Positions 28,988 to 41,918 of a stretch of 64,000 nucleotides of DNA are shown one piece after another; the first letter of the stretch is position 1; each line of letters opens with the position of its first letter. The stretch covers positions 5,642,001 to 5,706,000 of the forward strand of contig OZ024751.1 in NCBI GenBank assembly GCA_964016885.1, in the 5' to 3' direction. The notes under the pieces were generated by a model, which saw only the letters and a program-made list of their open reading frames with translations, was not told the DNA's origin and ran no database searches. This stretch comes from Eledone cirrhosa. Its lineage: Eukaryota. Position numbers and translations under genes: made by a program.

Positions 28988-29503
28988 TACAAGAGGGCTT
29001 GAAAAAGTGCGTGGAAAAAGGACAGTTAGAAAAAACGTTCCAAGTTATAATGTTTATTTTTCAACATATGCTCCATCTAAGTCAATACACTTCTGTAAGT
29101 ATTGGTACCAGTCTTTAAATCCATCTGTGTAAAGCTGAGTGCCATGTGATTTAAACTATGTGGATTATCTTCAACTTCATCTCTTCCACTTATAAAATGA
29201 CATCCATTTGTAGGATGTTGATATCTTTGGGGTATGCCTCATGAACTTGCTCCAGAGAGTCAATGATTTGGCTGCCCATCCACCCTAGCTTCACCATGAA
29301 TCTGTTGTTTTGATGGAGGCCATGTTGCTCGAGCGGGTGTTGTCTTCCGACTGGTGGCGTCACGCTGCAACATGCCTTTAAGGCTTCATGTTAAAACATG
29401 TTATGACACCTTAGTATGAGAACGTATCGGTGCATTGGGATCAAAATCCCTGCATATGATTTTTAGCTATGTAATTCCACGAACCTTTTGAACCTCCTTC
29501 GTA
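28988..29503. mobile_element. Internally deleted mariner-type transposon
   Basis: Imperfect TIRs tacaagagggcttgaaaaagtgcgtggaa / ttccacgaaccttttgaacctccttcgta. Confidence 0.6.
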
Positions 29504-29694
29504 TATGTTGCCATTATGTTATTGTTGACGCTTGATCCCTGTGATTTTTTATCGAGTTTTCTGATGTTTTTCAATTAACATGTGACGTCCGGTGTTCTGC
29601 AACCGAATTATCTTTTCCGTTCATCAACTGGGGATTAGACCAATATGTGGCGATGTCTTGGCAATATTTATCGCGGCGCTCAGCCAACACTATC

Positions 29695-29829
29695 TAGCCC
29701 TCAAAGTTGGCGCTACTAACCGCCGGGAGGAAACATTGAGAAGGTCAAGGGAAGTGCAGGCGCCTAAGGGACGAGGGGTGGTAGAGATGATATAATAGTA
29801 TCAAATATCAAATTAAACATACATATTGT

Positions 29830-29835
<6 letters not shown>
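29695..29835. mobile_element. Left half of a hAT-like MITE (right half at 33980-34175)
   Basis: Matches one half of 25058-25389 in reverse orientation. Confidence 0.65.
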
Positions 29836-29875
<40 letters not shown>

Positions 29876-29880
<5 letters not shown>

Positions 29881-30058
29881 TAGCCTGATAGTGGGGTTAA
29901 GAACCCTCGGACTCCCATGTACGTCAATACTCATCTTTTTCCATTTCTCCGAGGGTTCTTAACCCCACTATCAGGCTAAATAGTTTCTTTAATTTCTCTA
30001 GTCAAAATACGGCGTTAGCTTACATTTATAATAATTTCAAACTCGCTCGCTGATTCAA
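29876..30058. mobile_element. Asymmetric inverted-repeat element (family of 8750-8965)
   Basis: Perfect arms tatttagcctgatagtggggttaagaaccctcgga / tccgagggttcttaaccccactatcaggctaaata plus right tail. Confidence 0.8.
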
Positions 30059-30245
30059 GTAGATTGCCAGAATCGGTAGAGCGTCAGACACCATGCTTTC
30101 TAGCATAGTTACGTCCATTTACAGTCTGAGTTCAAATCCCGCCGAGGTCAACTTTGCCTTTCATCCTTACGGGGTCGTTAAAATAAAGTACCAGTAATGT
30201 ACTGGGTAATTGCTGGCCTTGTGCCTAAAGTAGAAACAATTATTA
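30059..30245 (+). mobile_element. tRNA-derived SINE
   Basis: Same family as 20243-20432. Confidence 0.85.
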
Positions 30246-30249
30246 CTTG

Positions 30250-30280
<31 letters not shown>

Positions 30281-30418
30281 TGTGTGTGTGTGTGTGTCAT
30301 GATAGCTAAGATGCTTCCATAAGCGGTATGCTGGTTGAGCACTCTATGTTCTTACAGAGCGGAGTGTGATATAATATAAAACGAAAAACCAGTGATGCAT
30401 CTGAACTCAATTTATTGT

Positions 30419-30506
30419 GTGTTACATTTGTTTCGCCGGCAGGCAGCTCGAGACACGATCATTGTGTGGATCTGTCTGATTCTGGAACTGCAGGTTCGTC
30501 GGACAC
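30419..30506 (-). ncRNA. Hammerhead variant (U4C, large stem II)
   Basis: gtgt-CCGACGA-acctgcag...ctgccggc-GAAACAAATGTA-acac. Confidence 0.6.
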
Positions 30507-30616
30507 TTCTAATGACTTCGGATCAAATTTTCTCACTGGGGTGTTAGCGTAAAAAAACATCTTCGCTTGTCCTGCTATTGGCTGTTGTTTTTCTACGTCA
30601 TCATAAATTTTGACCA

Positions 30617-32400
30617 GCCAGATGGAGCGTATGAGTAAGCGCTTATCGCATTTTTTTAAGCAACACGGCTTATCTAAGGCGATAGATCCTAGCACCAAGA
30701 CGGTGAATTTACTGGACGTTACCCTGGAAATGAATACGGACATCCACCGACCTTATCACAAGCCCAATGAGAACCTGCAATATGTGAACAGGCAATCGAA
30801 CCACCCCAAGGCAGTCATAGAAGCAATAGTTAAAGGGGTATCTAAACGCGTATCCACCCTGTCGGCCAACGCAGACGTGCTCAAACAGCAAGCCGACTAT
30901 TATAATGAGGCACTGCGCAGGGCCGGTTACACAGACAGCATAGTGTATATCACAGACAGGGAAGAGCCTAGCGCCGAGGCATGCGGATACGGTAATAACA
31001 GTCGCAATTCCATAGGTAGAAGAAATGACCCGGAACTAGCCTCCAAGAACACGAGTAGCATCACAATTCACCTTAAAGACACAGGACCGACAATAGGACA
31101 GACGAAGACTCACACTGGCGACAGACCACCAAGTACACGTAGGCAAAAACCCCGCACGCACACCACATGCGTCGCGGTAACTAGAACTAGGGACAGGGTA
31201 ACGACAAGTACGGCCGTGGCACCCGCTAGAGGGAACACCCGGCCTGGTTGCAGTGGTATAGCCCCGACAACAGCACCACATAGCATTAAAGAGACTAACA
31301 GTAGAGCCGACAATACAAAACGGAATACCTTAGTAAGTGAAAGGCGTAACCATGACGCCCACGGCAGACATATAGATAGAGGCAACATAGGGGACGTTAT
31401 AATGGGCGGGCAAAACCCAAGACGGACATCAGACCCAAGACACACTCACACTATTACACACACACGAAAGAACAAGACTACATCTAAGGCCGTTACATGG
31501 TTTAACGCGCCGTACTCTAAGCATGTATGCAGCAATGCGCCAGGGATTTTTTTCCAAGCGTAAGACGAGTGCTTCCCGCCGTCACACAAATACCACAAAA
31601 TTTTCAACCGCCACACAGTGAAGTTTTCCTTCTCCACTGTACCTAACATGGCCGATTACATGTCCAAAACCAACGCGGTAAAGATGGGGAACCTCAACCG
31701 TCAAGCGTGGGGGGTGGGGGGGGGGGGGGCAGAATGACCGTCCATCCCAGCCCGGAGGGCCCCTCGGGGACAGGTTTCCAACAACAACCCGTCCCTCGTG
31801 GCGGCCACCACGCCCGCGGAAGGCGATACAATCCGACGCCGGGAGAGAATGAGTGGTGGAGGAACGACCACCGAGCCGGCGGAACAACACCATGAGAATC
31901 GGGAGAGGGCCCTAGTAGATCAAGAGCCAGGCGTCCGAAATGAACAAAATAACGACAGAACATGTAACTGCAGAATGGGAACCCAGTGCCCCCTGTAGGG
32001 GAGACGCCTGACGAAGGGCCTGGTATATAAATGTGTGGTTAGCACGCACAATATAAAGCGCACCTACTTCGGCGCAACATCCACTACCTTTAAATCGCGG
32101 ATGTATAACCACACAAACTCATTCAAGAATCGCAGTAAGAGGCACTATACTAGACTTGCGGACCTGGTGTGGGACTTGAAAGACAAGGGCACTCCGTACG
32201 CCCTTGACTGGAGTATCGTTCGGCACGCGAATGCATACTCGGCTGCAAGTAGAAAATGTAGCCTATGCCTATACGAGGCCATGGAGATAGTCAGACTGAA
32301 GAATGATGCGGTCAACCTGAAATCGGAAATAATCATGACGTGCAGAAACCAGAGAAGGTGCACACTCTCCGCATGGAATCCACCGGGAAGCCCAGGCTAA
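30617..32400 (+). pseudogene. PLE RT C-terminus/thumb + linker + GIY-YIG endonuclease, disrupted
   Basis: VNLLDVTL, YHKPNENLQYVNRQSNHP, VTWFNAPYS, HKIFNRHTVK, CNCRMGTQCPL, YFGATSTTFKSRMYNH, CSLCLYEA; in-frame stops at 31561 and 31996 and a frameshift near the G-run at 31710. Confidence 0.92.
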
Positions 32401-32911
32401 AAGCAAGCGGCGGAGCGCACGCCGACCAGAGCGGCGAAACGAGTTCAAGGGATCAGACACCATACCCTGATGACAATATATGCCCCGTGGGGTAAGCCAA
32501 AATAACCCAAGATGCATACCCGATTCTGCACGTCACCTTAGGTAAGAACATCTCCTGAGCCGGGACAGTTTGACCCGGATTCCACTGACTTTCAGTCTAA
32601 TGCCTTACACCCATAGGACAACAGACCTCAACCACAGTGACACACTCCAGTATGGCCGGTCCACGCATCCCCATGCATGTGTACCTTTTCAATCGAGAAT
32701 CCATACTCTCCACGTATTCCATTTTGGAACAACATATTATTTGTTCCGTTACAGGCCCAAGTGTACATCTCATACTCCTCCTGTGTACTACCTCATACGC
32801 ATGCATGTCCCTTCTTTTTTTATATATCTCTATGTGACGTTATATGTATATTTTTAATATATTGTATATTTCTTTTTTTTATATGTGTGTATATATGTAT
32901 GCGTATATGTA

Positions 32912-32980
<69 letters not shown>

Positions 32981-33249
32981 GTGTACGGATGTATGTATAT
33001 GGTTATATTGTTTATATATGTGCTTGTTTACAAGATACATCCTTTAATGTATGACCCTTTGTATGACCCATTGTGTAGCTTTATATGTCTTTGTGTGTAT
33101 ATCATATTTGTGTATAGACAGATATATGTATGTATGTATCTATGTAGACGTTCGTGGGCCTGTAGGTAATAGGCGCATATGTGTAAGAGTGTATATGAGC
33201 CAGTGTGTGCACGCAATGTAGGGTAAGGGCTTGTTTGTGTGTATATATA

Positions 33250-33282
<33 letters not shown>

Positions 33283-33420
33283 GTGTGTTTGTGAGTGAGT
33301 CTGTTTTTGTGACTGTATATATGGACACGTGTGTGTATGTGCGTGTGCGTGTCTATGTATATGTCTGTACGCGTTTGTGCATACGAGTAGATATAGGCGT
33401 ATGCATGTGTGTGCGCCTGT

Positions 33421-33453
<33 letters not shown>

Positions 33454-33832
33454 AGTTGATGTACGTGGGCATGTAGGTACACGTCTTTAGACGCGTATGT
33501 CTATAGTTTTACTGGTTCTCTTTGGGTGCGTATGTATAGCGGGAATATATGCGCACGGATGTTGTCATCTATATGATTGTGTGCGTGTGTATATATATAT
33601 ATATATGCGTGTGTGTGTGTGTGAGTGCGCGCGTGGACGTGTGAACTACCAAACCCAGCAAGGATTCATTGAAGTGTGGCGTAAAAAGGACAGCTGATGG
33701 TCAGTTTGACAGTACCTGTTGGTCAAAATTTATGATGATGTAGAAAAACAACAGCCTATAGCAGGACGAGCGAAGGGGATGTTTGTTGACGCTAACACCC
33801 CAGTGAGAAAATTTGATCCGAAGTCATTAGAA

Positions 33833-33920
33833 GTGTCCGACGAACCTGCAGATCCAGAATCAGACAGATCCACACAATGATCGCGTCTCGAGCTGTCTGC
33901 CGGCGAAACAAATGTAACAC
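33833..33920 (+). ncRNA. Hammerhead variant (U4C, large stem II) in 3' pLTR
   Basis: gtgt-CCGACGA-acctgcaga...tctgccggc-GAAACAAATGTA-acac. Confidence 0.6.
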
Positions 33921-33979
33921 ACAATAAATTGAGTTCAGATGCATCACTGATTTTTTGTTTTATATTATATTATATATAT

Positions 33980-34175
33980 AGAAATATAAAGTTCATAAAC
34001 ATATATACATAGTATATATTATAATATTTATTTTATATAAATTAACGATTTTATATATTATATGTTATTTATAATTTGTGTGTAGGTAGGTCTCTCTGGA
34101 GATAGGAGTGGGGGACGCTGTGGGTATTACGTTGCCGTGAGGGGGACGCTGGCTCAAAAAGTTTGAGAACATCTG
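33980..34175. mobile_element. Right half of the hAT-like MITE begun at 29695
   Basis: Ends aaagtttgagaacatctg; matches 50040-50195. Confidence 0.65.
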
Positions 34176-34686
34176 ATCTAGCTAATGATGTAAATTCAAC
34201 CGTCTCCCCATTTCTCCTCCTTCCTCCTTCCTCTTTTATTTCTTTCTCTTCTTTCGTCTTATATTTTTTCTGTTTCTCTTTTATCAATATATTGTAGTTT
34301 TATATGCTCTATCACCCACCAATTTCATTCACTGGTATCTAGAATATTCTGAGATTACGGAGGCAATCAAAGATTTCAAAATGGTTTTCTGTAAAATTTA
34401 AAAAATAAAGATAACTTTTAACTGTTTTAAGAAGTAATAATTTTTAAGGAAATCAATCATTTTAATTTCATACAGTATATGACGGCAAAAACAATGGCAG
34501 AAAGTCAAACAATATATTCGTAAAGAGATAATAATTTATATTTAGATATAAAACATGAACGCACAAAGAACAACACAGACGTACACAGACGCAACACATA
34601 CTCACACACGCAATAATCCACGTCTACGCACAATTATAAACACACACATACATGCATAAATATAAACTTACATAGATATACCACCC

Positions 34687-34788
<102 letters not shown>

Positions 34789-34836
34789 ACATACAAACAG
34801 CCTCCAGACACACACATACACACACACACACAGACA

Positions 34837-34872
<36 letters not shown>

Positions 34873-36314
34873 CTAACTACAAATACCACAGGGAAATACC
34901 TATACAGACACATATATAACCCCAGACAAAAATCTCAGAGTCACACATATCATATATCTTATTTCATTCTATTTTCTGTTTGTTACATGAACTCAATTAA
35001 CTTTTAACTCAGATTGATGTTGATTTGATAGTTTTTACTTGTCATTTATTACTAAATTATATATCTTAATATGATGGATTACCCTCCCTTACTCCAGCTA
35101 TCTTTTTAAATACAGTTTTCTAATATAATTGCTCGTTAAACCAAAAGTTAATACCTCTTCTAAATAGTACGAATATTTGTTATTTCATTAGCGTTGTTCA
35201 ATCGTCATTTGATTACTAAGGTCTTATTCGGAAATAAAATTTGATATTTTTAATTTCTTTCAAATTATATATTTTATAGAAATCTCTCAGAAGATTCCCC
35301 TTGAATATTCGATTTCATTTTCATTTTTATCCAATCGATTTTCTTATCTCGTTGCTATAACATAAATTGTTATTTTGATAGAGTAACAATGATGTTTCCC
35401 GTTGAAATATCGCCGCAATGAGAGTTCAGAACAATACAATCAACGCAGTTAAGAGTTGTTATATTCTTGTAGACTGATCATTGTAGTAATTATCATAAGT
35501 AGTTAAAGTAACACGGTTTTGTTTCTACTCCAAGTCAATCGCCAATCTCCTTTTACTGTGAAGTGATATACGAATAAGACTTTCAGTTGTGTAAACATTA
35601 CACTATAAAACTCTTTAACATCCAGAAAGCGAACGATAATATGGCAAACATACTGCATATAATACCGACTGGAAATTACGCCGTAGCCAATAATTGGGTC
35701 AACGAAGTCACAAACATATAGTAGACGATATATTTTTGATTGTAGGAACTATTCAGTTATTAAAGAAATTTCGATGTATTTTACATTTTATAGCCACCAT
35801 ACAAAGTAAAACTGCCTGCCTTTTCCGAATAAAAGAAGGCCACAGGGTGATATTATCGATGGAGTCGGTCCATAGCCGGATAACTGCTACACGTGTCAAT
35901 AGTTTCATCTCGGACAGGTTCGTTTGACAGAACGTCCGGGCCTATAGAGTTTGTCTCGAACCGGCTGTGCCACCCCACCTCCGGCATCACTGCCATGCAA
36001 GGGATTACTAGACATTTTTAATAGAGCTCGAACCGAAAGTTCTTCGGAATTGACAGGCTTGATCTTTCTGGTCGACGCTTAAAGTTTTTCCCGAGAACGT
36101 CATCGGTCTTTCACACCACTAGTTCTCTAGAGAACGCAATCGTAGAATTTCTACTGATAGGCTTACACAACACGTAGAGAGCTGTGACCGCTTGATAGCA
36201 TTAAGGATGCCAGGAGGGTGGTGCTATTATTTGTCTTCGCTTGATCAAAGCCTAGAGTTCAATCAAAGAGGATAAAGGAAAAAGTGATTGGCTGACTCGA
36301 GAAAAAAAAAATAA

Positions 36315-36832
36315 TGGTCTCTGATTTAGGCACGAAACGAATAATACTTGGGGAGGGGAAAGACGATTAAATCGAACCCAGTGTTACTGGTATTTTATTT
36401 TATTGACTCCATAAGGTTTTTGGAAGCAGAACGTAAAGAGCTGTAACCAAATACTAAGAAACCTTTTGTCAAGCACTTTAACTATTCCGCCAATCCACCA
36501 CGACAACAACAACAATAACAATAATAATAATTGTTCCGACAAGGCCAGGAATTTTAGGGGGATGGAGTTGATTAAATCGACCCTAGTGTATAACTGGTGC
36601 TTAATTTATCAACCGCGTAAGGATGAAAGGCAAAGCTAATACCAAAGGCGCACAAAATAATTGTTTCTACTATTGGCACAAGGCCAGCAATTATCCCAGT
36701 GCATTACTGGTACTTTATTCTATCGACTCAGTAAGGATGAAAGGGAAAGTTAACCTCGGCGGGATTTGAACTCAGACCATAAAGAAAGGCATGGCGTCCG
36801 ACCCTCTACCGATACTGCTAATTCACGGCCCT
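36315..36832 (-). mobile_element. Cluster of three SINE copies in AAT-rich tract
   Basis: Repeated ggcacaaggccag...actggtac...ggatgaaagg motifs. Confidence 0.8.
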
Positions 36833-36835
36833 AAG

Positions 36836-36864
36836 AAAAATATGGAACGCTTCACGAATTTGCG
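36836..36864 (-). pseudogene. U6 snRNA 3'-terminal fragment
   Basis: Minus strand cgcaaattcgtgaagcgttccatattttt matches the conserved metazoan U6 3' end (29 nt). Confidence 0.85.
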
Positions 36865-36979
36865 CACAAAATAATAATAGTGATAATAATAATAATACAT
36901 ACATACATACGGAGAGAGAGAGAGAGAGCGATAGAGAGAAAGAGAGGGAGAGAAGGAGAGAGAGAGAGAGAGAGAGAGA

Positions 36980-37395
36980 TCAAGGCCAACTGATCAGATA
37001 TCATAGTCAAAGACCACATAGAAAAAAATATTCCTTCTAATAGATGTATCTATCCCCACAGACGACAATATATCTTCCAATGAAATAGAGAAACTTTCCA
37101 AATATAAAGATCTAGAGATAGCAATAACTCGAATGTAAAAAATGAAAACAGAAAAAATACCTATAATAATAGGTGCTCTGGGAATGATAAAAAAAACACA
37201 TTGACAAATACAAAGCCAAAACCCGAGGACTTACAAATATATACAACATACAAAAGATAGCACTACTAGGGACTGCACACATATTACGAAAGGTACTATC
37301 AATACAATGGAAACAGCATCAGCAAAAATACACTGATCATACCCAAGGCGCACAGAGCTGTGCTCGGTAAAGCAGTAATGATGCGCAATAATAAT
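36980..37395 (+). mobile_element. R4/Dong-clade LINE 3' fragment (RLE endonuclease)
   Basis: DIIVKDH...LLIDVSIPTDDN...EKLSKYKDLEI...IPIIIGALG...TAHILRKVLS; ends in (AAT)n. Confidence 0.85.
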
Positions 37396-37585
37396 AATTG
37401 TTTCTACTTTAGGCACAAGGCCAGCAAATACCCAGTGCATTACTGGTACTTTATTTTATCGAGCCCTAATGATGAAAGGCAAAGTTAACCTCGGCGGGAT
37501 TTGAACTCAGAATGGCAAGGGCCGTAACTCTATGCGTCAAAGCATCGCGTCCGACCCTCTACCGATGCTGCCAATCCATCGCCCT
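37395..37585 (-). mobile_element. tRNA-derived SINE
   Basis: Same family as 20243; embedded in the AAT tail. Confidence 0.85.
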
Positions 37586-38089
37586 CGTAATAATAATAAT
37601 AAACCGCATAGATACACAGATCAAACAAACGCATACTACTACTTCAGTCTATTCAACAAAACTCAGTAACGACAATGCCATCATTATAGTCACCGCCGCC
37701 ACCACTCCATCCCCCATTGCTACCACTATCCCATCACCGCCGCCACCACTCCTTCATTGCTACCACCACTATTCTCCTACTACCTTCTGTTATCTTAAGA
37801 AAGGGGAAGGTGTCGGTATCACTAGACAAGGGAAAGGCTTGCAAAAGATATAAATAGATTGAATTAGTGACTCCGTCAAGCGCCAACGACTATGGCACTG
37901 CTGGATCCCCCCTTCCCCACCAACAATAGAAAAAGCCCCAGCACCACCACCGACATAGCCAACAACAACAACAGGCAACTTTAACAAAAAGTATATTATA
38001 TTATTAATAATAATAATAATTTCAAGCCACGCAGTTCTCACATTAAGGAACCACTCATGATAATAACAATTTAAAAAACAACAAAAAAG

Positions 38090-41000
38090 AAAACCCCGTG
38101 ACCAAGAAATACCGGGATGGCGGCCGGCGGGGAATAGCCGTGTCTCTAGGGGAGGACGACCCCTCTAGTCTTGGTTGACACTCGTTCTAGAAGTGGTAAC
38201 ACGAAATGATTACCCCTTGGCGGATAAGGATAAAACGCGACAAAATAAAGTAAATGTCTAATGATAAAATCTCATACCGGATCGGCCGTCACCCGGGTAA
38301 AAAAGGGCCGCGTCCCTCAGAGAGGAACGAGACTGGGGTCGAAAAATCAGCTAATGGTTCAAACCTTCCCATCACTTCGGAGCTGGAGACCTCCCATAAA
38401 CGGAATACTCCCACTGTTGACCCTCCATGCTCATCACCAAGAAATCCAAAGAAAAAGAGAGAAAAATGGTCAAGGGAAGACAATAAAGAAGTCCTTGAGG
38501 CTTTCTACACTGCCATGTACTACCCATCAAACATCCCGAAAACAGAGGCTATATTGACAGTAACAAACTAGCCAACATACGAAGAAATATTGTTAAAAAA
38601 AAGTTATTCACTGATATAGAAATTGATCAGATCAAGCTATTAGCACAAAGTCCACGAAGGGAAAATGAAACATGTGTCAGTGAAAACGAGGTAAATTGTA
38701 ACACTTCGAATCCCAGGGTTGGGGGCGGAATCACTGACAACAGAACAAATTAAAGAAAGTATCGAAAAAGTGGAGGGAGTGCATGCTCAAGATGAAACTC
38801 AAAATGAAACAATGAGATCGTAAATGATAAAGAAATTAATGAGAATGAACTTGCCAACTTGAAGGATGAAATTATGATCGAATGGATGAAAATGAAAGAA
38901 TCTGACATGGGGAAACGAGACACCCTCCCTAAGATCCAGAACTCCAAACAGAACCAAAAGATAATACACAAGACTAACATAATTCTCAAAAACATTATCA
39001 TCACAAACAAACTAAACATTACTGATTTAAATCATCTCTATTATGCATCGGCTAAAGTCACCACTCACTTCTGTGGAGTGAAAATGAAAAATCAAAAATA
39101 TTCCTACAAGAAATCTACTTGGCAAGAGAACATCAATCACCAAATAAATCTGACATAGAAATTTTAACAAACTACAAAGTAGGTGAACATGTTAAACAAA
39201 CTATGCTCGTATAAGGCGCTTTGAAAAACGATCTAGATTCTATAAGGACAATAATATGTTCAAAAACAACCAAAGAAACTTCTACAGAAAAATTGGCAAG
39301 TCAACAATAACTGCTAAATCAATACCACCCAAGGAGGAAGTGCAAAAATTCTAGAAAAAGATCTGGGCCGAAGAAAAAGTTCATAATATACATGCCCCAT
39401 GGATAGACAGACAAGTGGAAGATACAGCTCACCTTGAGGAACAAATATGGGAAAATATAACAGTTGAACAAGTTGCGTTTGGCTCTTAGAAAATCCAGCA
39501 AATGGAAATCCCCAGGAAAAGACAAAATATTAAATTTTTGGATAAATGCCTTCACAGAGTCTCATGAGCTGTTAGGCCAACTTTAATATGAAATAGTAAA
39601 GGAGCCAGAAAAGATACCATCATGTCTAGTTAACGGCATTACATTCCTGCTTCCGAAGAATGATGAGACAAACAATCCCAAAAATTACAGACCGATAACT
39701 TACTTGACCACAATGTATAAAATGTTAACATCAGTCCTAACTGAATATACATATGACCACCTTATAACAAATGACCTATTTCCCATTGAGCAGAAAGGGT
39801 GTAAACTAGGCTCATATGGCTGTAAGGATCAGCTTTTGGTTAACAAAATGATACTGGAAGATTGTGATAATAGACACAAAAATCTATCAATTGCTTGGAT
39901 AGATTATAAAAAAGCATTCGATAGTTTGCCACACTGTTGGATTGACAAATGTTTAGAGATTTTCAAAATATCTCCCGTTGTCAGGAGGTTCTTGTCATTC
40001 AGTATGAAGACATGGAAAACGACACTCCTTTTGAATAGTGAAAAGGAATCACTGGAAGCTGGAGAAGTTAATATTAATTGTGGAATTTTTCAGGGTGACT
40101 CTTTATCACCGCTTTTATTCTGCATCGCAATTATACCATTACGTAAAATGCTCAATGAAACAAAACATGGATATAAAGTCTATGACAAAATCACTTGTTC
40201 TACATGGATGACCTGAAACTATTTGTAAAAAATGATGAACAATTGCAAGGGCTATTATCCACTGTGGAGCAGTTCAGTGATGACATTAAAATGGAGTTTG
40301 GACTAGATAAATGCGCCAAAGCAACGTTCACCAGAGGAAAGCTGCTGAAAAGTTCAGACATTAATCTTGATCGGGGGAATGTGATAAGAGAACCTGATCA
40401 AGAGGAAACTTACAAATATCTAGGTGTTTGTGAAGGAGACGGAATCAAGCACTCGACAATGAGGGAAAGGATAAGGAAGGAATGTTACCTCAGAGTAAGA
40501 GCAATCTTAAGAACGGAATTGAATGCAAGGAATAGGATCGATGCCATAAACATGCTTGCCATACCAGTAGTAACCTACAGTTACAATGTCATCAACTGGT
40601 CAAGCACAGAGATCCGTAGGTTCGATACAAAAATTCGAAAATTCTTAACCATGCATAGAATGCATCACCCTAAGGCAGATACAGATAGAATATATCCCCC
40701 TAGGAAAGAAGGAGGACGTGGTTTAATCAAGTTAGATATTGCGTTGAAAACTGCAACAATTGGATTATCTACATATCTAAGGGAATCACATGATTGGATG
40801 TCAAACTCGTTTTGAAACACGAAAGCATCAAAAGATCATATTCCATTACAAAAGATGCACAAAGATACAGTAATGGACTACAAATTTCAGTAGTCCCATT
40901 TATTGCTGAAAGTCCCATTTACACAGAAAAAGCAAAGCAGGTAAAAGTAACTGCAAAGAAAGAACTGCTACAGAAACTGGCTAAGAAATGTCAAGAAAAG

Positions 41001-41915
41001 CCTCTGTATGGAAAATACCCAGAACGAGCTAACAATCCTGATGTTGACAAACTTTAACCCATCAGTGGTTGGCATCCTCTGGACTGAAATCGGAGACTGA
41101 AGGACTGATTATATCAGCACAAGATCAGTGTCTGTCAACAAAAAATTACCAAGCCAACATAATAAAAAATGGATGCAACCCATTATGCCGTGTATGTAAA
41201 AAACAACCAGAGACCATTGATCATATAATCTCAATGTGCAGTCTTATAGCGCCAACCGAATACCTAAACAGGCATGACAGAGCTGCACAATACATATATA
41301 ATGTGTAAGCATTTTGACCTGATCCATCAAAAGAATTGGTGGGAGCATCAACCACCTTCCATACTTGAAAAAGATCACATCTCAATCTTGCGGAACTTTA
41401 GCAACCAAACAGACCGAAAAATATATGCAAATAGACCTGATATAATACTGAAGGACTTTAAAAAGAGGGTATGCCTGCTAATTGATATGTCCGTTCCAAT
41501 AGACAAGAATGTATCTACAAAAACATTTGAAAAATTGAGTAAGTATAAGGACCTGGATATAGAAATTGGAAAAATGTGGAAATTGAGACTAAAACAATAC
41601 CAGTGGTTGTAGGCGCTCTAGGAATGATACCTAAGGGATCTAATGATTACTTATCGCAAATCCCAGGAAACCCGCGTATAGGAGAAATACAAAAGATAGT
41701 ACTAATGGGAACTGCCCATGTACTAAGGAAGATTCTGTCAATATAAGTACATCACAAGTCTAAACACCTAAAGATGCATGTGTGAATATGTATGTTCTTT
41801 CTTGAACATGGCGGACCTTGTTGTCTCTTGAGGTCACTGGTTGTGACTTGGTGATAACTCGTATGAACATAAAGCAAGATAAATGCAACTATAATAATAA
41901 TAATAATAATAATAA
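38090..41915 (+). mobile_element. Near full-length R4/Dong-clade non-LTR retrotransposon; ORF 38254-41746 disrupted
   Basis: WKSPGKD, NYRPIT, EQKGCK, WIDYKKAFDS, GIFQGDSLSPLLF, FYMDDLKL, CRVC..ETIDHIISMC, NRPDII..LIDMSVP..EKLSKYKDL; (AAT)n tail; many stops and frameshifts. Confidence 0.93.
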
Positions 41916-41918
41916 TAA

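Larger units (their letters stand above)
30300..33967 (+). mobile_element. 5'-truncated PLE (Nematis-like) with inverted pLTRs (30368-30617 and 33720-33967)
   Basis: ~250-bp inverted repeat, each arm with an HHR; the left arm has a ~70-nt tail also seen at 56890-56962. Confidence 0.9.

Noticed and set aside
35890-36016. GC-richer minus-strand short ORF MSSNPLHGSDAGGG, possible LINE 5' end
   Set aside because: No diagnostic motif and no second copy in the window.
38095-38245. HDV-like ribozyme at the R4 5' end
   Set aside because: Structured (gaccaaga/tcttggtt and internal hairpins), but I could not place P3/L3, P1.1 or J4/2; needs a descriptor search.
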